Part shown: piece by piece, positions 36,101 to 47,974 of the stretch
Numbering within the stretch: position 1 is the first letter of the stretch
Layout: each line of letters begins with the position of its first letter
Assembly: GCF_030144855.1 (NCBI RefSeq)
Contig: NC_082710.1
Location: forward strand, 149,358,001-149,422,000
DNA from: Hypanus sabinus
Lineage: Eukaryota
Direction of reading: 5' to 3'
DNA: 64,000 nucleotides
The notes under the pieces: model-generated
Seen by the model: the letters and a program-made list of their open reading frames with translations, nothing else
What the model was told of the DNA's origin: nothing
The model's database searches: none
Program-made: the position numbers and the translations under genes

Positions 36101-36972
36101 GGGATCGCTCCCTACGCGACTCCCTTGTTCACTCATCCCCCCCATCCCTTCCCATCAATCTCCCTCCTGGCACTTATTCTTGTAAACGGAACAAGTACTA
36201 CACCTGCCCTTACACTTCCTCCCTCACCACCATTCAGGGCCCCAGACAGTCCTTCCAGGTGAGGCGACACTTCACCTGTGAGTCGGCTGGTGTGGTATAC
36301 TGCATTCGGTGCTCCCGGTGTGGCCTTTTATATATTGGTGAGACCCGACGCAGACTAGGAGATCGTTTCACTGAACACCTACACTCGGTCCGCCAGTGGC
36401 CACACATTTTAATTCCATGTCCCATTCCCATTCTGAGATGTCTATCCATGACCTCCTCTATTGTCAAAATGAATCCAAACTCAGGTTGGAGGAACAACAC
36501 CTTATATACCGGCTGGGTAGCCTCCAACCTGATGGCATGAACATTGACTTCTCTAACTTCCATTAATGCCCCTCCTCCCCATCTTACCCCCATCCCTGAC
36601 ATACTTAGTTGTTTGCCTGTTCTCCATCTCCCTCTGGTGCTCCACCCCCCCCCCACTTCTTTCTTTCTCCCGAGGCCTCCCGTCCCATGATCCTTTCCCT
36701 TCTCCAACTCTGTATCACTTTCGCCAATCACCTTTCCAGCTCTTAGCTTCAGCCCACCCCCTCCGGTCTTCTCCTATCATTTTGCATTTCCCCCTCACCC
36801 CACTACTTTCAAATCTCTTACTATCTTTCCTTTCAGTTAGTCCTGACGAAGGGTCTCGGCCCGAAACGTTGACAGTGCTTCTCCTTATAGATGCTGCCTG
36901 GCCTGCCGTGTTCCACCAGCATTTTGTGTGTGTTGTTGTTTGAATTTCCAGCATCTGCATATTTCCTCGTGT
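33152..36972 (+). mobile_element. Penelope-like element: inverted 5' arm + RT/GIY-YIG + tail
   Basis: MDVQSLYASIPH, QTKGVAMG, RYIDD, DIYYKPT, VYCIRCSRCGLLYIGETRRRLGDRFTEH; left arm is an inverted copy of the 3' end; 13-bp TSD TTACAAATGAGAT (33139-33151, 36973-36985). Confidence 0.92.
33658..34980 (+). mobile_element. Tx1-like (L1 clade) 5'-truncated LINE nested in Penelope
   Basis: WQERTAKVKQKLGLW, LSGLLYLAQVWP, CPREDCSEEESVTHLFAHC; poly(A); TSD ATCAGAATGGGAAT (33644-33657, 34980-34993). Confidence 0.9.
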
Positions 36973-37764
36973 TTACAAATGAGATGTTGGTGTTCTTGAG
37001 GTGCATAAAATGGATAAATCCAGGAGTCTGAATGAGAGTATCCAAGGATATTCTGGGAATGAAGGCAGAAATTGGTAAGGCCCTGGGAGATCAGTTGCTT
37101 CAATAGACAAGGGTATGGTACCAGAAGATTGGAAGATATCTGATGTTGTCCTTTTATGTAAGAAAGATTGCACAGGCAAGCTAGGGAACTACAAGCTGTT
37201 GAGCCTAACGTTAGTGCTGGAAAATTTACCAGATGGGATTCCGAGAAACTGGATCTACTTGTGTTTAGAAAGGCAGGGGCTGAGAAACTGTTTCTCACAA
37301 ATGTGATTGAAGTCTTTGAAGAGGGGACCAAGAGGATTGACAAGGGATGGGCAGTATATGTTGCCAAACGTGGACTCCAGAAAGGCTTTTGACAAGGTCC
37401 TACACAGTAGGCAGGTCCAGAAAATGAGAACACCTGGGATCCAGGTAAGCTAGCTCAGTGGTAGGAATTAGAGTGCTGTCCTTTCGTTTAGTTTTTGTCG
37501 GTAGCTTCCCTACTACTGGCGCTGGGCTCACTGCCCTGTAGTTACCAGGACCTTCCCTTTTACCTGAAAAGAATGATTATTCAAGATCACAAGTTCACAA
37601 AGATCATTATCTAGGCCCAATCAATCTTGTCTCTTGCCTCTCTCAATAACCTGGGTGTATCCCAACACTCCCGACGGACTCATCCACGTTCATGTGCTTC
37701 AGAGACCTTACACAACCTCTTTCTTTAGAAGCCCAGCTTCTTAGCATGTTGCACACTGGTCTAC

Positions 37765-38040
37765 TGGTGTTGGGTGCTGTGGTTGTGTAGCGGTTAGTGT
37801 GATATTATCACAGCTCAGGGCATCAGATTTTGGGTTTCAGTTCTAACGTCCTCCTCAAGGAGTTTGTACTCCCTCCCCAGAGCATGCATGGGTTTTCTCC
37901 AGGTGTTCCAGTTTCATGCTACAGTCCAAAGGTGTACCAGTTAGTTGATTAATTGGTCATTTTCAATTGATCCGTGATTAGGACTAGGCTAAAATTTAAA
38001 TGGGGGTTGCTGGCGGTTCAGCTTGAAGGGCTGGAAGGGA
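37765..38040 (+). mobile_element. HE1/V-SINE-like tRNA-derived SINE
   Basis: GTGTAGCGGTTAG head, GGAGTTTGTACTCCCTCCCC...GGGTTTTCTCCAGGTGTTCCAGTTTC body. Confidence 0.7.
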
Positions 38041-38599
38041 TTGTCCTCTAAATACATAAATAAATAGACAGATAGACATTGAAGAAGATAACCAAACAGA
38101 CAGCCTGTGCAGAAGATTGTCAAAAATTACAGAGGGATCTTGACCAGTTGTGAAAATGGTTCATGCAATGACAAATTAATTTAGATAATATGAGGTTCTG
38201 CAATTTAGGAAGTCAAATCCTGGCACGACTTTCAAAGTGAACGGTTGGGAGTGTTGTAGAAGAGGTACCAAGGTCTTCAGCTATATAGTTCTCTGAAAGT
38301 GGCATCACAGGTAGATAGGTGGCAAAGAAGGGTTTTGGCAAGTTCACCATCAGTCAAGGCACTGAGTATGCAAGCTGATTTATTATTTGCAGGACATTAG
38401 TGCAGTTTCATTTGGAGTATTGTGATCTGTTCTGATCAATCTGCTTCAGGAAAGAAGCCATTAAGTTATAATGCTGCAGAAGTGAGTTATGAGCATGTTC
38501 CTTGGGCTGGAAGGACTGCTATGGAGAGTGGTCGAGTGGCTTGGGAGTTTTGTCATTGGAGATTAGGAGAATGAGGGGTGATCTTGTCAAAGTGTGTAA

Positions 38600-39660
38600 C
38601 AAACAGGATCGAGAATTGGATGCTGTGTACATGGATTTTCAGAAGACCATTGACAAGGTGCCACATGTGAGGCTGTTTAACAAGAGACCATGGTATTACA
38701 GGAAAGATATCACATGGATTGTGCATTGGCTGATTGGCAGGAAGCTAGAAGTGGGAATAATAGAAGCATTTTCTGTTTGGCTGCTGGTGACTAGTGCTGT
38801 CTGCAGGAGCCAGTGTTGGGACCACTTCTCTTTACCTTGTATGTCAATGATTTGTATGATGAAATTGATGGCTTTATGGCGAAGTTTGAGGATGACACAA
38901 AGATGGGTGGAGGGACAGGTAGTGGTGAGGAAGCAAGGAGTCTGCAGAAGCACTTAGACCAATTAGGAGAAGGGGCAAAGAAGTAGCAGATGGAATGCAG
39001 TGTCGGGAAGTGTATGGTCATGGATTTTTGTACAAGGAATAACCGCATAGAATATTTTCTAAATGGAGAGAAAGTTCACAAGTGTGAGGTGCAAAGGGAT
39101 TTGGGAGTTCTCGAGTAGGATTTCATGGAAGGGAAATGCCATGTTAATATTAATTTCGAGAGTAGTGGAAAATAAAAGCAAGGAAGTAAAGTTGAGGCTT
39201 TCTAAAGCACTGGTGAGGTCTCATTTGGAGTTTAGTGAGCAGTTCAGGGCCCCTAATTTAAGACCAGATGTGCTGACATTGAAAAGGATTCAGAGGAGGT
39301 TCACGAGAATGATTCATGGAACAAAAAGGTTTTTGTATAAGGAGCGACCAATGGTTCTGGGTCTGAACTCACCAGAATTTAGAAGAATGAGGAAGGATCT
39401 CATTGAAACCTTGCATGTTAAAATGGCAGAGCCTGCTCAATGGGCTGAATGGCTCATTTTGCTACTATGCCTTCTGTTCTTATGGTAACATCTTGAGAGT
39501 GAATGCTCACAATCTTTTTCCTCGTGTTGGGTAATCAAGACTTGTGAGAAAAGGTTTAAGGTGAAGGGAAGGTAAGTTAACAAAGGGCAGCCTCTGCGCC
39601 CAGTAGGTGGCTCATCTTTGCCAGAGATGGTTCCAGGTAAAGTGGTTGAGGCAGGTACAT
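38600..39660 (+). mobile_element. Degenerate CR1 RT/3' end
   Basis: AVYMDFQKTIDKVPH, ALVRSHLEF, IQRRFTRMI. Confidence 0.82.
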
Positions 39661-39662
39661 TA

Positions 39663-42600
39663 AAGTACACACACAAAATACTGGAAGAATTCAGCAGGCC
39701 AGGCAGCATCTATGGAAAAGTGTACAGCTGACACGTCAAGCCGAAATCCTTCTGCAGGACCGGAGGAGAAAAAGCTCAGGAGCAGATTTAAAAGGTGGGG
39801 GGGGTGCGGAGAGAGAAGCACCAGCTGATAGGTGAAACCTGGAGGGTGGGGGGGGGGTGAATGAAGTAAAGAGCTGAGAAGTTGATCAATGAAAGAGACA
39901 AAAGGACATGGAAGAAAGGAAAAGGGTGAAGGACACCAGAGGGAGGCGATCGGTGGGCATGGAGATGAGGTGAGAGAGGGAAATGGAGATGGGAAATGGA
40001 GAGGAGGTTTGGGGGCATTACCGGAAGTTTGAAAAATCAATGTTCATGCCAACAGGTTGGCGGCTACCCAAACAGAATATAAGGTGTAGTTCCTCCAAAC
40101 TAAGTGTGGCCTCATCACAACAATGGAGGAGGGCATGGATGGATGTATCGGAATGCGAATGGGAAGTGGAATTAAAACGGATGGCCACTAGGAGATCCCG
40201 CTTGCTCTAGCAGATGGAGCACAGAAGCTCGGCAAAGCAGTCTCCCGATCTATGTTGTGTCTCACCGAAACACAGGAGGCCACACCAGTAGCACCGGACA
40301 CAGTGTATGACCCCAACAGACTCACAGGTGAAGTGTCGCCTCACCTGGAAGTACTGAACAGGGCTCTGGATAGTAGTGAGGGAGGAGGTGTAGTACTTGT
40401 TCAGCTTGTAAGGAGAAGTGGTAGGAGGGAGATCAGTGGGAAGGGATGAATGGACAAGGAAATCGAGTAGGAAGAGATCGCTGCGGAAAGCAGAAAGTGA
40501 GTTGGGGGGGAGGGAAAGATGTGTTTGGTGGTGCAATCCCGTTGGAGGTGATGGAAGTTTCGGAGAATTATGTGCTGGACGCGGAGACTGGTGGGATGGT
40601 ATGTGAGGATGACAGGATAACTGGCAGGGTGGCGGGAGGAGGGAGGTTGGAGTAAGAGTAGACGTGCATGAAATGGAAGAGATACGGTTGAGGGCAGCAT
40701 TGATGGTGGACGAATGGAAACCCCTTTCTTTGAAAAAGGAATACATCTTCGTTCCAGAATGAAAAGCATCATCCTGAGAGCAGATGCAGCAGAGATGGGT
40801 AAGTTGAGAATAGGGGATGGCATTTTTATAAGTACAGTAGTAGCATGGGATGAGGTGAAGGCTAGGTGGCTGTGAGAGTCCATGGATTTGTAATAGATAT
40901 CAGTTGATAAGCTGTCTCCAGATATACAGAGAGCGAGATCGAGAAAAGGAAGAGGGGTGCTGGAAATGGACCAGGTGAATTTAAGGGCAAGGTGGAAGTT
41001 GGAAGCAAAGCGGATGAAGTTGGCGAAGCCCGCATGGCGGCAGGAAGTGGCACCAAAGCAGTCATTGATGTAGCATAGGAAAGATGGGGGATGGCCACCA
41101 GTGTAGGCTGGGAACACGGACTGTTCCCTGTGGCCGACACCCAGTGTAGGCTGGGAACACAGACTGTTCCCTGTGGCCGACACCCAGTGTAGGCTGGGAA
41201 CACGGACCGTTCCCTGTGGCCGACACCCAGTGTAGGCTGGGAACACGGACTGTTCCCTGTGGCCGACACCCAGTGTAGGCTGGGAACATGGACAAAAAGG
41301 CGGGCATAGCTGGGACCCATGCAAGTGCCCATGGCTATCCCTTTTGTTTGAAGGAAGTGGGAGGAGCCAAAGGAGAAGTTACTTAGAGTGAGGTCAAGTT
41401 CCGCTAAGTAGAGGAGAGTGGTGGTGGACAGATCTCGAGTCCAGAAAAAATGGAGAGATTTCCTGGTGGGGGATGGAGGTGTATAGGGACTGGACATCCA
41501 TAGTAAAAATAAGATGATGGCGGCAGAGAACTTGAAATCCTTGAAAAGATCAAGAGAGTGTGAGGTGTTACGGATGTAGGTGGGAAGAGTCTGAACTGGG
41601 GGTATAAAACAGAGTCGATATGAGTATGCCGATATGAGTTCAGTGGGACAGGAACAAGCTGAAAAAATGGGTCTACCTGGACAAGCGGGATTGTGGCTCT
41701 TGGGTAAGGGACAGAAACGGGAGGTGTAGGGTGCAGGAACTATGAAGTTGGTGGTGGTGGATGGGAGATCCCCAATAAGGTTGGTGATGGTCTGGGAGAC
41801 AATGGCCTGGTGTTCCTTAGTGGGGTTCTGCTCCAGGGTAAGTCAGAGGAGGTGCCTAAGAGTTGGCGCTGAACTCAGCAAGGTAGAGGTCAGTACGCCA
41901 GGCTACTACAGCGCCTCCCTTATCTGTGGGTTTGATGGTGAGGTTAGGATTAGTGCGAAGGGAGTGCAGAGCCGAGCATTCAGAGTGAATTAGGTTGGAA
42001 TAGGAGAGAGGAGCGTTAAAGTTGAGAGAGTTAATATCGTGTCGACAGTTGGCAATGAAAAGGTCCGGAGCAGGCTGAAGACCATGGTGGGGTGTCCAGG
42101 AAAAGGGGAATGGTTGAAGATGGGAGAAGGGGTCATCGATGCGGAGTGGAGATTCCTTGCCAAAGAAGAAGGCTCAGAGATGGGGTCAGCAGAAGAAGAG
42201 CTCAGCATCGAGGCGGGTGCGGAACTCACTGAGTTGTGGGCACAGGGGGACAAAGCTGAGGCTCTTACTGAGGACTGAACGTTCTGCCTCAGAAAAGGGA
42301 AGGTTGCAGGGAATGGTAAAGACCCAGCACAGATGGGAGCTGGGATCGGAGGTGACTGGGGGTTTGATAGTGTCTGAGGGGATAGTGTTTGAGGTATTCA
42401 GGATGGTGGAGTGAGAAAAAGGAGTCTTCGAGAGCCCAAGAGCTGGAGGTGGGATCTGAAAGAAACGTGATTGTGGAGTGGCGGTGGGGGAAGGGGAGAT
42501 AGGTTTCCAGGAGCAGCTCGTGAAGACCCAGGAGGTCAAGGTCAGAGTTGGAGTTGCAGGTTGCACAATAGACACTTTGGTGATGTCCAAGGTCATTGGA

Positions 42601-43512
42601 ACCCGCATTGATGGCAATGGAGTCCGGGTTTTGGATAGTTAGAGCCGTTGAGGTCAGCAGCAGAGATCGCAGTCTGGAGACGTCTGGGCCTGCTGGCATA
42701 GGAGTCAATAGGTTTGGTGGTCCATAGACGGGCGATCTTCCGATCCTTGCAGGACGTGAGAAGGCGAATAATCGGTGATTGAAAATCCCATTGAGCATCC
42801 TTGCAAGCAGAACAAGTGCTACCCCTGCCCCTACACCTCCTCCCTCACTACCATCCAGGGCCCTAAACAGTCCTTGCAGATGAGGCAACACTCCACCTGT
42901 GAGTCTGTTGGGATCATATACAGTGTCATGTGCTTTCTGTGTGGCGTCCTGTATATCAATGAGACCCGACGTAGATTAGGAGACCGCTTCGCCGAGCATC
43001 TACGCTCTGTCCACCAGAACAAGCAGGATCTCCCAGTGGCCATCCATTTTAATTCCACTGTCGTGACGAGACCATATTCAGGTTGGAGGAACAGGATGGT
43101 GAGCCTCCAACCTGATGGCATGAACATCGATTTCTCAAACGTCTGGTAATGCCTCCCCAATCCCCCCCTCCCCCATCCTGACCATCTCTCATCCCCTTCT
43201 CTTACCTCATCTCCATGCTCACCCATTGCCTCTGTCTGGTGATCCTTCACTCTTTTTATTTCTTCCATGTCCTTCTGTCTCTTTCACCAACCATCTTCCC
43301 AGGTCTTTACTTCCTCCCTCCCACCCAGGTGTCACCTTGTGTTTCGCTCTCCCCCCTCCCCTTGAAATCTACTCCTCAGCTTTTTTTCTCCAGTCCTGCC
43401 GAAGGGTTTCAGCCCGAAAGGTCCACAGTACTTTATCAATAGATGCTACCTGGCCCGTTGAATTCCTCCAGCATTTTGTGTGTGTTGCTCGGATTTCCAG
43501 CATCTGCAGGCC
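39663..43512 (-). mobile_element. Second Penelope-like element (different subfamily) with inverted + strand 3' arm (42780-43512)
   Basis: Minus-strand MDVQSLYTSIPH, QTKGIAMG, TCESVGVIHCVRC; plus-strand GIY-YIG arm LYINETRRRLGDRFAEH...LQPDGMNIDFSN. Confidence 0.85.
41098..41293. repeat. 43-bp tandem repeat, ~4.6 copies, each with a 7-bp hairpin
   Basis: Unit CCAGTGTAGGCTGGGAACACGGACTGTTCCCTGTGGCCGACAC at 41098, 41141, 41184, 41227, partial 41270. Confidence 0.97.
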
Positions 43513-43649
43513 TTCTCTTGTTTGTAATTTAACACCATTTAAAAGGTACTTGGATAGGAAAAGTACAAAGATTTATCTCGGCAGTTGTTTGTGCTTCTCT
43601 TTGGGAAATCAGTATCCAACATGGTGTGCTTGTTGAGAGGGCATTGATC

Positions 43650-44110
43650 TCTGAGTGTTACAGGTACCACATGCCTGTCCTTACTGCCCTGCCTGGGGGT
43701 TACACACCTCCTCTTTCTGGACCTGCAGTGTTAACAGATCACTAAGTGGACCTTCGACCAGATTCCCTGCATCCAATGTGACCCATAGCGAGTCCAGCAA
43801 CTCTGTGTGGTCAGCAATGAGCTTTGGCTGGACGCACATCTCGCAACATTAGTTAATGAGGCATGGAAATGTCTCTATACTCCCATGTTCTGCAGACGGG
43901 ACAGACCAATGATGGTCTGACTCATCTCCAATATTTTTATCCCCTGTCTTTACTCTGTGCAGGGAAAATAGTCACCTGAATGTGGGAGGAAACTGGAGCT
44001 CTGAGATGAAATCGACAGATTCATGGTGAGAACACTCAAACTCCTCGCAGAGTTTAGCTGGAATTGAACCCAGATTAAAGACGCTATAAAGTACTTTGCT
44101 AACCGCTACA
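43650..44110 (-). mobile_element. CR1 ORF1 remnant + V-SINE fragment, paralogous to 1330-2315
   Basis: Shared blocks CAGATCACTAAGTGGACC, GGGACAGACCAATG, GAAAATAGTCACCTGAA. Confidence 0.7.
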
Positions 44111-44963
44111 TTACCATGTAATCTCTTCACTAAAGGCCAAATATTATCTCACAGAATGGCCGCACCCTCTTTTCCTACCCTTCCTATTGCTTTCAGTGAT
44201 CCCACAAATTCTGCCTGTCCCACTGTTGCCTCTGGTACTGTTGATTAAGTGACGTCCTGTCCATCAGTGGAGAGTGTATCCTGCATTTAGATCCTCTCTC
44301 TGCTTTGAATGTGGTTTTCCAGAGACAGCGGCACATGGGACAGATGTCACCCTCTTGCGGGAGATGTAATGCCCCACCCTCTGGACATTGTGTCTATAAT
44401 CCCAGGGGCACTGTACCCAGGAGTCACTGTGGGTCAGAGGTGAAGTGAGAAGCACTCTGCAGGAGCTGTGAGAGTGCTGCTACTGTTGGGAAACTTGGTG
44501 CAAGTTCTCAGCTGGTCTGTCCACTGAGAGCAGGGAAAAACTAAACCCGGGAGGGAGCGCATACGAGTCCTCACCCCGATTGGGAGTATTCCCACCTGCA
44601 CTGAGCACATCCCTATCCTCCCAGAGCCACTTACCCCGACCTCAGAGAGACACACAGATGATTTAACCAGTCTGGTCCTGGTGAACATGTCCTGTTTCAT
44701 AACCCCACTCCATCACCCAGTCAGGACACCACAACTCATGGATATAGGCAGCTCAACCAGGGAACTGCAGATGTGATCAGGGATATGGACCCACACTGTC
44801 TTCAGCTGCATTTATATGCCCCTTGGGGTGAAGGGTCAGGCCTGATTCTCCGGTTTTAGGACTCCGATTCTCTCAGGGGGTTGGGGGTCGAGCTCAGCAT
44901 CCTAGGTCTCTGGGTGTTGGTTTTAGGTATAGGTTCTTCTCTGACTCTCTCTTCTGGCTCCAG

Positions 44964-45224
44964 GCTCTCACTCTCTCCGTCATTTCTACACGGCGGTGAC
45001 CCCGGGGTCGGGGGTCCCTGAGTTCATGGCAGTCGGGTATGTGGACGAGGAGCAGATCATTTACTACGACAGTGTGTTGGGACAGACGGTTCCCCGTCAG
45101 CAGTGGATGGCGGAGAGTCAGGGACCTGACTACTGGGAACGGGAGACACAGATCTCTCGGAGCCACGAGCAGTGGGCCCAGGCCAAAACCCAGACCTTAA
45201 TGATGCGGACCAACCAGACGGGTG
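44964..45224 (+). CDS. MHC class I cassette B, alpha1 exon
   Basis: cag|GC...GGT G|gtgagt; 261 nt open; GSHSLRHFYTAV...GYVDEEQ...GPDYWERETQ...RTNQTG. Confidence 0.97.
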
Positions 45225-45239
45225 GTGAGTGGCGAACCA

Positions 45240-46400
45240 TGCTGGGGGGGTGGTGTGGCAGAGGGGAGCCCATGGGTGTTGGGGATTAGAGGGGTGATGG
45301 TAGAGATTGTGGGATGGGAGGGGTGTGGAAGGTGATGGTGGGGTTTGTGAGGTGGTGGAGGTGATGGTAGGGATTGGTGTGGGTGTCATGCAATGGATTG
45401 AGGTGGGAGGCCGGCTGTGACATTAGCGATTGTGGGCTGTGAATTAGGGATTGTGGGGGTTAGCAGTGGTGACAGGGATTGTGGGCTGGCAGTGGTGACG
45501 TTAGGACATGTGGGCGAGGTGGCAGGGATGACATTAGGGATTTGGGTGGCGGGGGTATTGTTGGGCATTGTGGGAGTTGGCAGGGGTGATGTTAGGGATA
45601 GTGTGGGGTGGCAGTGGTGACTTTAGTGATCATGGGGATGTACAGGGGTGATGTTAGGGATCATGGGGTGTGGCAGAGATGACATCAGGGTCATGGGGCT
45701 AGTAGGGATGACGTTAGTGATCATGAGGGTGTGCAGGGGGATGTTAGAGAATGTGGGAGGGATGGTGGGGTGTCGTCAGTGATTTGGCAAGGGGTGGTAG
45801 TGGTGATGTTAGGGATTGAGGGGTGGCGGGTGTGTCAATAGTGATTGTGTTGGGGTGGCAGTTGATGGTAAGTTTTGAGCGGGGTGGGGGTGAGTGTAGG
45901 GGCAGTGTTGGGGTAAGGGTTTGACAATAAAGAGTGTTTTGGGGGAGGGGTGATGATAGGGAATGTGCAGGGGTGAGGGAGGTGATGTTGGGGAGGGGGC
46001 GAGGGGGGAGGGAGTGGCATTAGGGACCATATGTGGTGGGGGCTGTTGTGGGAGTGATGGTGGGCATTGTGTGGCTGGTTGGAGGTGACGTAAGGAATTG
46101 TGGTGGTGGGATGGCAGTGATTGTGGGGGATGACAGTGGGGATTTTGGAGAGCAGGAGTGATTGTAGGTTTTGTGTTGTGACTGACGGTAGAGATCATAC
46201 AGGGTGGGGAGGAGTGGGTGATGGTAGGGACAGGGCAGGAGTCAAGTGCAGTGGTGGGGAGACAGAGTGACAGTAGGGTGTGGGTGGGGACTGTGCAGGA
46301 GGTGAGAGGTGACATGGGAAGTAATGTAGGGGTGGGTCAATGGTGGGGTGTGGTGCAGAAGTGACGGTGGGCTCTGTGCAACGGTGACAGTAGGGACTGT
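45240..46400 (+). repeat. G/T-rich low-complexity intron 2 of cassette B
   Basis: Degenerate GTGACRTTAGGGAT / GGGATTGTGGG units; near-identical to 51260-52380. Confidence 0.75.
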
Positions 46401-46525
46401 GAAGGGTGGGGGAACGTGTGGGGGTGAATATTGATTCCACCTGGGGGAGTGGAAGAATGAGCCACAACTGCAGCATGGAAAGTTGTCCGCAGTCCCACAA
46501 CTCACCAATGGATGACGTGTTCCAG

Positions 46526-46798
46526 GGATCCACTTTCTCCAGAGGATCTACGGCTGTGAGCTCCGTGACGATGGGACCACCACCGGGTTCAATTGGTACG
46601 GCTGGGACGGGTCAGACTTCATCTCCTTCGACAAGGACCGGATGGTGTGGGTGACCCCTGTGCCCTGGGGTGTCATCACTAAGGACAAGTGGGACCGGAA
46701 CACGGCCATGAACCAGGATTTGAAGGGATACCTGGAGCAGGAGTGCATCGAATGGGTGAAGAGATACGTCAGGGCCGGGGAGAGTCACCTGCAACCCA
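46526..46798 (+). CDS. MHC class I cassette B, alpha2 exon
   Basis: cag|GG ATC CAC TTT...CCC A|gtgagt; 273 nt open; YGCEL...NWYGWDGSDF...TKDKW...YLEQECIEWVKRY. Confidence 0.97.
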
Positions 46799-46999
46799 GT
46801 GAGTGCATGGGGGAGTGGTCAATGTGAGCGCCTGGGAGTGGCATTCAATGTCTGCAACCCCCATCTCCACCCTCCCCTGCCCACCCCTTGCCACCTCCAC
46901 TGCCACCACCACCTCCTCTGCAACCTCTCCCACACAGTCTCCTCTTCCCATCCCCTTTCTACCTCCACTTAATGCTTCCTCTTTCTCCCCCAACCCCAG

Positions 47000-47263
47000 A
47001 TCCCCCCGAAGTCTCGTTCACCGCCTCCAAGGACAACCGCCTCCTCTCCTGTGTGGCCACTGGCTTCTACCCTCAGACCATCGACGTGACTATTCTGTGG
47101 AATGGCCGGACTCTGGAGGAGACCCATTCCCACGGGATCCTGCCCAATCACGACCACACCTACCAGCTGACCAGGACGGTGCAGGTGGAGCCCACGGACA
47201 CTGCAGAGTTCTCCTGTCAGGTGGAACACCGGGGTCTCCCCGAGCCCCTCGTCCTGTTGTTCG
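47000..47263 (+). CDS. MHC class I cassette B, alpha3 exon
   Basis: cag|AT...TTC G|gtaag; 264 nt open; both Ig cysteines. Confidence 0.97.
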
Positions 47264-47894
47264 GTAAGAAACACCACTGGCTGTGAGGTACATGGGCATC
47301 TAACGTTGCCCAACTTCACCCCACCATTCCCCACCACTTTTCCTTCTCCCATTATAAAGTATCCGTGTTGTTTCTGCCTCTCTCTGTAGTGTCCTGGAGC
47401 AGAACTGTATAACACAGTATTGGCCCTTTTGCCCACAAAGTGGTGCCGACCTCTTAACCCACTCCACGGTCAATCGAACACATCCCTCTCACAAATCGTC
47501 CATTTTTCTTTCATCCATGTGCCTAAATTAGAGTCTCTGAACTGTCCTTTCTGTGCCAGACTCCAGCACCACCACAGCAGTCTTCCACGCACCCCTCTGA
47601 CATCCTCCCACTGTACTTCCTTTCAATCAGCCTCACAAGGATGTTCTTTGGTATTAGACATTGCTTTCCTGCTTAAAGCCAAAGCTGGCTGTCCACGTTA
47701 TCTAAGGTTTTCTGTGTTTCCATGGCCTCACAATGAGTTGGGGCCCCTGCTGGTCCTGTTGGATGTGTCTCCTTTCAAATTGTAGCTTGAGTTCGGTTTG
47801 ATTGGGATTCAGTGCCCACTGGGCAGGTACTGAATCTATCTGGTTATATGTTGGGGATGTAGGACCATTCTCACTATCTGTCTGTGTTTTTCAG

Positions 47895-47924
47895 CAGGGA
47901 ACAAAGGCTACAATCCCACCAAAA
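47895..47924 (+). CDS. MHC class I cassette B, cytoplasmic exon 1 (no TM exon before it)
   Basis: ttttcag|CA GGG AAC AAA GGC TAC AAT CCC ACC AAA A|gtaag = AGNKGYNPTK. Confidence 0.85.
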
Positions 47925-47974
47925 GTAAGTTCACTGTAAATCACAGCTGGAATGGTTGTATTACATTGTTCATG

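Larger units (their letters stand above)
32930..37440 (+). mobile_element. Degenerate CR1 ORF2 host, split by Penelope (pieces 32930-33151 and 36973-37440)
   Basis: Joined pieces read ...ITNEMLVFLRCIKWINPG..., then RT remnants (GMVPEDWKIS, KGF DKV). Confidence 0.7.

Noticed and set aside
41098-41293. CRISPR-like array (regular repeats with internal hairpin)
   Set aside because: Units are head-to-tail with no unique spacers, no cas genes, vertebrate context, and the unit derives from the host RT sequence
45400-45700. Interstitial telomeric array
   Set aside because: TTAGGG occurs only as isolated hexamers in a longer degenerate unit
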